A DNA stretch of 64,000 nt. It comes from a virus. Under the pieces are notes generated by a model. It was not told the DNA's origin. It ran no database searches and saw only the letters and a list, made by a program, of their open reading frames with translations. Of the stretch, positions 39,639-47,809 are shown piece by piece. A program made the translations under genes and the position numbers. Location: the IMG/VR virus record IMGVR_UViG_3300021139_000002, positions 42,022-106,021 of that record, one strand, 5' to 3'. Numbering within the stretch: the stretch's first letter is position 1; each line of letters opens with the position of its first letter.

Positions 39639-40652
39639 ATGAGCCTATTTAAAAAGGTAGCATGTTTTACAGACATACATTTTGGACTCAAATCTAACTC
39701 AGCAACACACTTAAAAGATTGCGAGGAATTTGTAGATTGGTTTATTGAAACTGCAAAGAAAGAAGGTTGCGAAACTGCAATCTTCTTAGGAGACTGGAGT
39801 CACAATCGTAATAGTTTAAATCTGTTTACATTAGACTCTAGCCTACGTTGTTTGGAAAAACTAGGCGCAGCATTTGAACAATTTTTCTGGTTCCCAGGAA
39901 ATCACGACTTGTTCTACAAAGACAAGCGTGATATTCATAGCTCTGCATTTGGAAGACATATTCCAGGAGTCACCGTGGTCGAAGAAGTAACTACCATAGG
40001 TGATGTGACCTTAGTACCGTGGTTGGTAGGTGACGAATGGAAAAATATTAGCAAAGTAAAGAGCAAATACATGTTCGGACACTTTGAATTGCCCTTGTTC
40101 TACATGAACGCAATGGTACAGATGCCCGATCACGGTGAATTGCAGGCCAATCACTTTGTACATCAAGACTATGTGTTCAGCGGACACTTCCATAAACGTC
40201 AAAGTCGTGATAAGATTCATTATATAGGTAATGCATTTCCGCATAACTTTGCGGATACATGGGATGATGCTCGCGGCATGATGGTCATGGATTGGGGCGG
40301 CACACCAAAATACATTGACTGGGAAAATTGCCCTAAGTATAGAGTAATTAAATTATCAGAGCTTATTGATAAAAAAGATGCAATTATGAAAAGTAAGATG
40401 CATATCAAAGTTAATCTAGATATCGATATTAGTTTTGAAGAAGCAAACTTTATCAAAGAAACGTTTGTTGCAGATTATGACATACGAGAAATTAGTCTAA
40501 TTCAAGATAAGACTAATCTTGATGGAACTATCGACGACAACCCAGATGCTAAATTCGAATCTGTTGATCAAATTGTCACTGAGCAATTAGTCAATATCGA
40601 ATCTAAAGAATTTGAAAAAACAACTCTTCTAGAAATTTATAATAATCTATAA
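39639..40652 (+). CDS. recombination endonuclease subunit gp47 (Mre11/SbcD-like)
   Basis: TDIHFG, LGD, GNHD, GHFH metallophosphoesterase motifs. Confidence 0.92.
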   Translation: MSLFKKVACFTDIHFGLKSNSATHLKDCEEFVDWFIETAKKEGCETAIFLGDWSHNRNSLNLFTLDSSLRCLEKLGAAFEQFFWFPGNHDLFYKDKRDIHSSAFGRHIPGVTVVEEVTTIGDVTLVPWLVGDEWKNISKVKSKYMFGHFELPLFYMNAMVQMPDHGELQANHFVHQDYVFSGHFHKRQSRDKIHYIGNAFPHNFADTWDDARGMMVMDWGGTPKYIDWENCPKYRVIKLSELIDKKDAIMKSKMHIKVNLDIDISFEEANFIKETFVADYDIREISLIQDKTNLDGTIDDNPDAKFESVDQIVTEQLVNIESKEFEKTTLLEIYNNL

Positions 40653-42430
40653 TGTTTCAACTTAAAAATTTAACCGTTAAAAACTTCATGAGCGTTGGTG
40701 CTCAGACCCAGGCTGTTGACTTTGACAAAGAACATCTCACGTTGGTACTAGGTTCTAACTTAGATTTAGGTGGCGATGATACAGGTTCACGTAACGGTAC
40801 TGGCAAAACTACAATGATCAACGCATTGAGTTATGCTTTGTACGGGCAAGCCCTTACTAACATTAAAAAAGAAAACTTAATCAATAAGATTAACGGTAAA
40901 GCTATGTTAGTTACCGTAGAGTTTGAAAAGGGCGGAAACAAATATCGCATCGAACGCGGACGAAAACCCAACGTACTTAAATTGTTTGTCAACGATAATC
41001 AATTAAAGACTGAAGAAAAAGAAGACGAGAGTCAAGGTGACAGCCGAGAAACTCAAAAGGCTATTGAGGAAATGCTTGAAATGAGTCATACCATGTTCAA
41101 GCACCTTGTTGCATTGAATACGTATACTGAGCCATTCCTAAGTATGCGAGCAGCTGACCAACGTGAAGTTATTGAACAACTACTTGGCATTACTCTGTTG
41201 AGTACAAAGGCAGAAGCACTTAAAGTTCAAGTCAAAGAAACCAAGGATGCTATTACCGCAGAAGAATTTAAAATTGCAGGTATTAAAACTGCAAACGAAA
41301 ATGTACAAAAAAGCATTGATAGTTTGCACTTAAAAAGCAATGCTTGGGAAAACAAACAACAACAAGAGTTAGAAAACTTAGGTCGTGCTATTGTAAACTT
41401 AGAATCAGTTGATATCGAAGCAGAACTCAAAGCGCACTCTGCTCTGAAGTGGTGGGATGAAGAAAATACACGCATTAGAAATTTGAATAAACAGAAGTCT
41501 ACACTAGAAACAGCAGTTATTCAAGCAGAAAAAACTCTAAACAAGTACAAACGAGAGTTAGAAAGTCTAGCAAATAAAACTTGTCACGCCTGTGAACAAC
41601 AACTTCATGATCACAAACATGAAGAAATGACTGCTACCGCTACACAGCATCTAAAAGAAGCAGAAGATTACTTTCAAAAAGTAAGCACTCAGCTTACCCA
41701 AATTATATATGATGTAGGTGACGGTACATTGCCAGACAAGCCTACTACCTTTTATGATACAGAAGCAGAAGCTCTTGGACATAAAAACAATTTAGCCGGA
41801 TTAGAGAAATCGTTAATTTCAAAAGCAGAAGAAAAAAATCCGTATGCTGAACAAATTGAAGAATTAAAGAAAACTGCTATCCAAGAAATCAATTGGGAAG
41901 GTATCAACACGTTAACAAAGTACAAAGACCATCAGGAGTTTTTGCATAAACTATTAACCAATAAAGATAGTTTCATTCGTAAAAAGATTATTGATCAAAA
42001 TTTAGCATACTTAAACAAGCGTCTAACTTATTACATTGACAAATTAGGACTTCCTCATCAAGTTGTATTCCAGAACGACTTAACCGTTATGATTACACAA
42101 CTAGGACAGGATCTAGATTTTGATAACTTATCACGTGGTGAGCGCAACCGTTTAATTCTTTCTATGAGTTTTGCATTCCGCGATGTATGGGAAGGCCTGT
42201 ATCAAAGTATTAATTTGTTGTTTATTGATGAACTTGTAGATGCAGGCATGGATAGTGCAGGTGTTGAAAGTGCATTAGGTGTATTGAAGAAAATGGCTCG
42301 TGAAAGAAACAAGAACATTTATCTTATTTCACACAAAGATGAATTAGTAGGCCGTGTTAATAATGTATTAAGAGTTGTTAAAGAAAACGGTTTTACCAGT
42401 TATAGCAACGATATAGAGTATGTTAGTTAA
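40652..42430 (+). CDS. recombination ATPase subunit gp46 (Rad50/SbcC-like)
   Basis: NGTGKTT Walker A, CHAC zinc hook, LSRGE signature, FIDE Walker B, ISH. Confidence 0.92.
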   Translation: MFQLKNLTVKNFMSVGAQTQAVDFDKEHLTLVLGSNLDLGGDDTGSRNGTGKTTMINALSYALYGQALTNIKKENLINKINGKAMLVTVEFEKGGNKYRIERGRKPNVLKLFVNDNQLKTEEKEDESQGDSRETQKAIEEMLEMSHTMFKHLVALNTYTEPFLSMRAADQREVIEQLLGITLLSTKAEALKVQVKETKDAITAEEFKIAGIKTANENVQKSIDSLHLKSNAWENKQQQELENLGRAIVNLESVDIEAELKAHSALKWWDEENTRIRNLNKQKSTLETAVIQAEKTLNKYKRELESLANKTCHACEQQLHDHKHEEMTATATQHLKEAEDYFQKVSTQLTQIIYDVGDGTLPDKPTTFYDTEAEALGHKNNLAGLEKSLISKAEEKNPYAEQIEELKKTAIQEINWEGINTLTKYKDHQEFLHKLLTNKDSFIRKKIIDQNLAYLNKRLTYYIDKLGLPHQVVFQNDLTVMITQLGQDLDFDNLSRGERNRLILSMSFAFRDVWEGLYQSINLLFIDELVDAGMDSAGVESALGVLKKMARERNKNIYLISHKDELVGRVNNVLRVVKENGFTSYSNDIEYVS

Positions 42431-42680
42431 TAAATCATTAGAACGATACAAAGAAATTTATTCAGAATACGTTGAATGTAGGGTTACTCTACATAACTAC
42501 CATGTGAATTTTTTAAGTTTCATTGGCAGAGAGTCTTACTACAAGGTAAGAAAAACTTTAGCAAGGATGCCAAAGTTAGAACGTGACTTAAGACTAGCAG
42601 CCAAGGCAGCATATGAAGAACAATTAAAGCTGAATGTAATCATTAGAGAAGAAAAAAGAAATAGCAAAAAGAAAAAATAA
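42420..42680 (+). CDS. hypothetical basic protein
   Basis: 86-aa ORF overlapping the gp46 stop. Confidence 0.55.
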   Translation: MLVNKSLERYKEIYSEYVECRVTLHNYHVNFLSFIGRESYYKVRKTLARMPKLERDLRLAAKAAYEEQLKLNVIIREEKRNSKKKK

Positions 42681-42723
42681 CCAGAAATTAGGACTATGTT
42701 TTTTAGTTGTTACTAATTAAAGT

Positions 42724-43158
42724 ATGTCCTGGTTCTATGAAAATAAAGAAATAACAGCATTGCCTGAAGATTGTGTAGGATTTGTATATCTTATAACAAA
42801 CACAATTGATGGACGTATGTATATAGGCAAAAAATTAGCAAAATTTAGTAAAACGACCTACAAAACTATTAAGTTGAAGAACGGCAACAAAAAGAAAAAG
42901 AAAATTAGAACTAAGATTGACAGCGACTGGCAGGAATATTACGGGTCCAGCACTGAACTAACGGCGGATATCGCTAAACTAGGCACACAAAATTTTAAAA
43001 GAGAAATACTTTATTATTGCAAATCTAAGGCAGAATGTAGTTACATTGAGGCAAGAGAACAATTTACCCGCAAAGTATTAGAATCAAACGAATATTATAA
43101 CGGACAGATTTCTGTTCGTGTCCATGGCTCCCATATAAAAAACAAATTAAACGGTTAA
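42724..43158 (+). CDS. GIY-YIG endonuclease (small, single domain; DenA/Seg-like)
   Basis: GFVYLI.N...GRMYIGKK, YYGSS, F.REIL, conserved Glu (YIEAREQF), YYN. Confidence 0.85.
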   Translation: MSWFYENKEITALPEDCVGFVYLITNTIDGRMYIGKKLAKFSKTTYKTIKLKNGNKKKKKIRTKIDSDWQEYYGSSTELTADIAKLGTQNFKREILYYCKSKAECSYIEAREQFTRKVLESNEYYNGQISVRVHGSHIKNKLNG

Positions 43159-43159
43159 T

Positions 43160-43588
43160 AAGCAAGCACAAGCTAACATCGTGTGCCCTAAACCTGGATC
43201 TCGGATCGCAGGGATGGAAACCTCTCGCCGTTAAGAGTACTCAATCACTACCCGAAAGGATGAAGATCGCTAATAAGACCTGCGATTTGGTTGTTTGAAA
43301 ATAGATAAATAGGCAAAATGAAGGGTTAGAGACGCCCTACGTTTGTATATATGTTAGCGTATGTATGCAAACCGCCGCTGGAATAAGACGCTGCTCGAGG
43401 TACAGGCCAACCGCCTCTGTAATGCAGTAACGCTAAGTGACATATGTTCGACTCGAATAATGTTTCTTTGCCCTTCCTGGGCAAAGTGTGACTGAACGAT
43501 CTGAATAATATTTAAACTACTTCGTAGTATCAGTATGAAATCAATTGCTTCGAGTGCGAGCGAAGAAGCAAACGAACGCAGTTCGTTT
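43160..43588 (+). ncRNA. putative large structured non-coding RNA (family not recognised)
   Basis: No ORF of 60 aa or more, more GC-rich than flanks, about ten hairpins/stems, several with G-U pairs on the + strand. Confidence 0.55.
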
Positions 43589-43595
43589 ATAAATA
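43588..43595 (+). promoter_or_regulatory. T4-type late promoter
   Basis: TATAAATA upstream of 43625; the phage encodes a gp55-like sigma. Confidence 0.75.
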
Positions 43596-43624
43596 AACAA
43601 TAATAAATTTAGGAATTTCCTGTT

Positions 43625-44257
43625 ATGCGTATCAATGAATTAATATTAGAACAACAACTTGATGAACTTAATCTTAAAGGGTTAGGAACAGGTTTAGGTA
43701 AGGCTGCTGGTGCAGTAGCCGGAGGTGTAGTTCAAGGTGCTAAAAATATGTGGGCTGGTGCAAAACAGGGATACGATGCAGCTCAACAAGCATTAAAACC
43801 AGATGGTACGCCAGCTACATCTGCTCCTACACAACAACCAAATACTTCTACTGCTCCTGCTAGCCCACAACAACCAGCTGGTGGAGAAGTTGCATCTAAT
43901 AACTTACTTCAAAGAGCACAGCAAGGAACTACTCAAGATCTTAATGCACAGCCAGCTACTCAAGCACCTACAGCTGGTACAACTCCTCAACAAGCAGCCG
44001 CACAGGATCAACAGGCAAAAATAGGAGTAGGACAGATCAATAAGATTATTCCTACTTTAAGAACACGTGATTTACAAAGTGTTAAGAAAAATGTTGATGC
44101 AACTATTGCTAAAAAGTCTAAACAACCAGCAGCTCCTGTTCAACCGCCAGCTCCGACACAAGCTGAATTAGATGCTGACCATGCAAGAATGGCCAGCGGA
44201 ACAAATGAAAGTAAAGTTATTCAATTCCGCAGTAAGTTTTTAGGGATAGATATTTAA
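43625..44257 (+). CDS. late low-complexity Gln/Ala/Pro-rich protein, possible internal head protein
   Basis: Late promoter; N-terminal I/L-x-E motifs (INE, ILE, LDE) resembling gp21 cleavage sites. Confidence 0.6.
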   Translation: MRINELILEQQLDELNLKGLGTGLGKAAGAVAGGVVQGAKNMWAGAKQGYDAAQQALKPDGTPATSAPTQQPNTSTAPASPQQPAGGEVASNNLLQRAQQGTTQDLNAQPATQAPTAGTTPQQAAAQDQQAKIGVGQINKIIPTLRTRDLQSVKKNVDATIAKKSKQPAAPVQPPAPTQAELDADHARMASGTNESKVIQFRSKFLGIDI

Positions 44258-44481
44258 AAGAACGGCTGTCCAGTTTCTTTAGCAATTTCAAGATTCTTTT
44301 CAATAATCTTACCAATTACTTCTCTATCTTCAAATGATAACATGAATGCCTCCGATGGAGGCATTCCTCTCATGTACCAACAGATTCTAAATACTTCGTC
44401 TTTTAAGGCTTTTGACTCTTGTTCATAATCCCTAACGAGCCTGTTGATGCCCTCAAGGTCAAGGGTTAAAAGCCTTAGACG
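44254..44481 (-). CDS. gp51/gpT-like C-terminal extension reached by -1 frameshift from the gp26-like gene
   Basis: 75 sense codons in the -1 frame starting at the slippery site (RLRLLTLD...ICWYMRGM...EAFMLSFEDREVI...KETGQPFF*); absent from the ORF track. Confidence 0.7.
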   Translation of the reverse strand, partial: RLRLLTLDLEGINRLVRDYEQESKALKDEVFRICWYMRGMPPSEAFMLSFEDREVIGKIIEKNLEIAKETGQPFF

Positions 44482-45332
44482 AAAAAAGTTGAAGCATCGA
44501 ACGTGATAGGAACTTGTACAACATCACCCGTTACTCCATTTTCTCTCATTTCATCGGTAACAGCTACAGACATTGGCTTGATTGTATTGTTATCCCTTAG
44601 TGCTTCTAAGTGAGTTTGAATTCTATTGAAGATTTCTTTGTCAATGTTCTCAACAAATTCTTTAATGTGATTGATATCGTTAGTGCTACCATTTATACTT
44701 TCGATTCTATCGATACTATCAGAGATAGTTCCTAATGTTGCACTACTTAACTTTTTGAAACTTTCCTGAAACAATTTGATTTTCTTATCATCTTCAATTT
44801 TTTCATCATTGACTACCTGCATGATCTTTTGAGTTTCAAAAGATTGTAGCGCAGCCGCACTAATTTGTTTATAGTTTAGAGGTTTAACAAATACGGTTAG
44901 TTCATCACTGATAGATACAACAGGATTCCAACTGATTTGATTCATTAAATTATCCATTACTACTCGCAAGTCGACTTGATAATCTAACTCTAAGGTATCA
45001 CTGAATGTAATAGGAGTAGTCATCATTTCACCGTAAGTTGCTAAACGAATAGCAATTAAAATAATGTCAACATCAATTGACGGAGCCAACCAAGCGTTTT
45101 TAATATTAGGAATACAATGTTGAATAACGTCTACTACAGCTTGTCCGTTCATTAGCGCATCGGGGACCTTGAGCATAAGTTCATCTTTGGCGGTCATAGA
45201 ATATACAGGAAACTCCCCGTTCTCTGGAATTTCTATACTTCCCGTAGGCCAATATTCACCGCCGCTGGGCAACTTGATATAAATCTTTGGTTGACGCATA
45301 AACATGGTTAGCGGATTGGTGGTAGAATTCAT
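44475..45332 (-). CDS. baseplate hub assembly / tail assembly chaperone, gp26-like
   Basis: I.LPS.G..W, MTAKDEL, D.D.ILIAIR.ATYGE; ends in TFFV; adjacent to tape measure. Confidence 0.8.
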   Translation of the reverse strand: MNSTTNPLTMFMRQPKIYIKLPSGGEYWPTGSIEIPENGEFPVYSMTAKDELMLKVPDALMNGQAVVDVIQHCIPNIKNAWLAPSIDVDIILIAIRLATYGEMMTTPITFSDTLELDYQVDLRVVMDNLMNQISWNPVVSISDELTVFVKPLNYKQISAAALQSFETQKIMQVVNDEKIEDDKKIKLFQESFKKLSSATLGTISDSIDRIESINGSTNDINHIKEFVENIDKEIFNRIQTHLEALRDNNTIKPMSVAVTDEMRENGVTGDVVQVPITFDASTFFV

Positions 45333-45348
45333 AGGTTTTGTCTCCGAA

Positions 45349-45383
45349 TAAATAAGTTAAGGGATTTCTAACAAGTATTTATA
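45349..45383. promoter_or_regulatory. pair of face-to-face late promoters
   Basis: TAAATA on + at 45349-45354; TATAAATA on - at 45376-45383. Confidence 0.6.
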
Positions 45384-45407
45384 TACGCACAAAACTACGG
45401 AAAAACA

Positions 45408-47798
45408 ATGTCAGTAACTGGAACAATAGGTAACGATCAAGTATTTTTAGATAACGCAGCCACCGAATCTACGTTACAGAAACTGCTGGCCGCTATAGAA
45501 AAATTAAACGGGACCGTGGCTGCACAAAAAGTTGCAGGGACTGCCAAAGCCGCGGGCATAGATCCTAAGATAGTTGATGAAGCAAATAACAAATTAGGTA
45601 CAATTGGTAAAACTGCAACAGGTGCAACTAAATCTCTAGACAATTTTACCACTACAACTGATACCGCTACCAACGGACTTAGTAAAATGGCCAATGCATC
45701 AGCAAGTGCATTGGGTAGTTTGTATGCACAATTAATGTCTGGACAGCCGTCCATCTCTGGAACACTGGCAGCATTTGAAGAACTTCCTGGGCCTCTTGGC
45801 GCGGTGGCAAAACTTTTTGGCGCCATTGCTGGATTTCAAGAAAAGAATTTAGATGCGTATCGTCAAATAACTTCTGTAGGTGCTAACTTTGCAGGTAGTT
45901 TATCTGATTTAAGAATTGCTTCTACAAAAACTTACATGACTTTAGATCAATTTTCTAAAGTCATTACAAATAATGCACAGACATTATCAAAGATGGGCAG
46001 CAATGTAAACGAAGGCACACAAGCATTTGTACAATTAAGTAATTCTTTATTAAGTAGTAAGGCTGGAGAAAACTTATTAGCACTTGGATATTCTACTGAA
46101 GAAGTAAACAATGGCATGCTTGGATTTATCAATGCTACCGGCGGACGTTCTGCACAAGAACTTAAAAATACACAGGCCATTACACAGGCTTCTGCAGATT
46201 ACATGACAGAGCTAGATAAACTAACTCAGTTTACTGGAGCAAGCAGAAAACAAATGGAAGAAGAACAGAAGAAAGCGGCTCAACAGGCTGCTTGGCAACG
46301 TGCTCTTTCTAAAATGTCTGAAGAACAACGTGCAAAAGCACAGACTGCTTATAACGCAGCCGCTGCCAGTGGTATTGCAGGCGCAACTGATTTAGTAATG
46401 TCAGAGATGGCAGGGTTACCTCCAGTAACTAAAGAAGCAAAAGAACTTGCTGGTACTATGCCCGATGCATACAATGGTATCAGAGACATGACAGATGCTG
46501 CTAAGAGCAACACATCTACACTAGGCGATGTTGAAAAAGGATTTGGTAAGTTTAACGAAGGCATATCTAATAACGTAAAGAACTTAGGTGTTGCAGGCGA
46601 TTATATGTCGTTGACTGGAAATAAACTGGTTAACAGCGCAGGACTATATGCAAACCAATTAGAAAAAGGTGGGAAAGATACTGCCGAGGGTACTGCAAAA
46701 GCATTTAAAGACATCTCGGCTCAACAAAAGAAACAAACAGAATCTCAAGCTGCCGATATGACAAAGGCTCAGAACCAACTTAAAGAGTTTGGACAAGTTC
46801 TTATGAGCATAGTTGCACCTATTGCAGGATTCTTAACACCTGCACTAAAATTCCTTGGACCTGCATTGATGGGATTAGTTGCCATAGTTGTTGGTGTAAG
46901 AACTGCAATGATGGCTTGGCAAGCTGCTATGGCTATTAGAGGTGCATTTGCAAGCGGCGGCGCAAGAGGCGTTGGCGGACTAATTGCTGAAAAAGTAACA
47001 GGTGGCGGCGGCGCTGCTGGGTCGGCTAGTGCCGCAGTAGGTAGCGGTGGCGGAGCCGCTGGTTTTGGTAAAGGATTTGTGACATTTGTTAAATCATTAG
47101 GTAGAGGACTTGCTAGTTTAGCACCTATTGCTGTTCCTATGTTAATAGGTGCTGGTGCTGTAGCAGGTGTTATTGCAATTTTAGGTGTGGGTATTGCTGC
47201 CGCTATAGCAGTTATTGGTGTAGGGCTACCTGTATTTGCTAAAGGATTAAAAACAATAACTGAAATAGATGGACTAGCATTGGCAAAAATAGCAGGCGGA
47301 TTGATGTTATTAGGACCTGCTATGGCAATATTTTCTGCCTCTATGATTGCTTCCAGCGTAGGAACCATTGGTGCAAAAATAGGAAACTTCTTCTCTGGTG
47401 GTGGCCCTGTATCATTAATTAAAGATTCTATAACACAATTGAGTCCGGTAATACCACAATTGGTACAAATTGGACCTGCACTTGAAGCATACGGTCGAGG
47501 AATTGTTGCATTTGGTAGAGCAGTAAGTACCGTTGACGTTGCTAAAGCGGAAAGATTAAAAGACATTATGAAAGGACCCGGAGTACTCGAAGGTATCGGA
47601 TCTGCAATCAAAGATGTTGGAGCCGCTACAGCAAAATTAATGGTTGGACAAACTGGTGGACAAGAAAAAAGTAATTTAGAGTTAACAACATTAAATAACA
47701 ATGTTAAAGAATTAACAAAAATAATGAAAGAAGTTGCTGAGCATACCAAGAAAACCGTAGATGCTACAAAGGCTTTGAATGGTAATGTATTCGCATAA
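45408..47798 (+). CDS. tape measure protein
   Basis: 796 aa, Ala/Gly-rich helical, with hydrophobic segments in the C-terminal half; next to chaperone gene. Confidence 0.7.
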   Translation: MSVTGTIGNDQVFLDNAATESTLQKLLAAIEKLNGTVAAQKVAGTAKAAGIDPKIVDEANNKLGTIGKTATGATKSLDNFTTTTDTATNGLSKMANASASALGSLYAQLMSGQPSISGTLAAFEELPGPLGAVAKLFGAIAGFQEKNLDAYRQITSVGANFAGSLSDLRIASTKTYMTLDQFSKVITNNAQTLSKMGSNVNEGTQAFVQLSNSLLSSKAGENLLALGYSTEEVNNGMLGFINATGGRSAQELKNTQAITQASADYMTELDKLTQFTGASRKQMEEEQKKAAQQAAWQRALSKMSEEQRAKAQTAYNAAAASGIAGATDLVMSEMAGLPPVTKEAKELAGTMPDAYNGIRDMTDAAKSNTSTLGDVEKGFGKFNEGISNNVKNLGVAGDYMSLTGNKLVNSAGLYANQLEKGGKDTAEGTAKAFKDISAQQKKQTESQAADMTKAQNQLKEFGQVLMSIVAPIAGFLTPALKFLGPALMGLVAIVVGVRTAMMAWQAAMAIRGAFASGGARGVGGLIAEKVTGGGGAAGSASAAVGSGGGAAGFGKGFVTFVKSLGRGLASLAPIAVPMLIGAGAVAGVIAILGVGIAAAIAVIGVGLPVFAKGLKTITEIDGLALAKIAGGLMLLGPAMAIFSASMIASSVGTIGAKIGNFFSGGGPVSLIKDSITQLSPVIPQLVQIGPALEAYGRGIVAFGRAVSTVDVAKAERLKDIMKGPGVLEGIGSAIKDVGAATAKLMVGQTGGQEKSNLELTTLNNNVKELTKIMKEVAEHTKKTVDATKALNGNVFA

Positions 47799-47809
47799 AG
47801 GAAACTAAA

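Noticed and set aside
43160-43588. tRNA cluster, tmRNA or group I intron
   Set aside because: No cloverleaf or CCA end, tag ORF or P7 core recognised by eye, and flanking genes look complete; not formally excluded without a covariance-model search
46769-47749. 326-aa minus-strand ORF
   Set aside because: Antisense shadow of the Ala/Gly-rich tape measure gene; no motifs or SD
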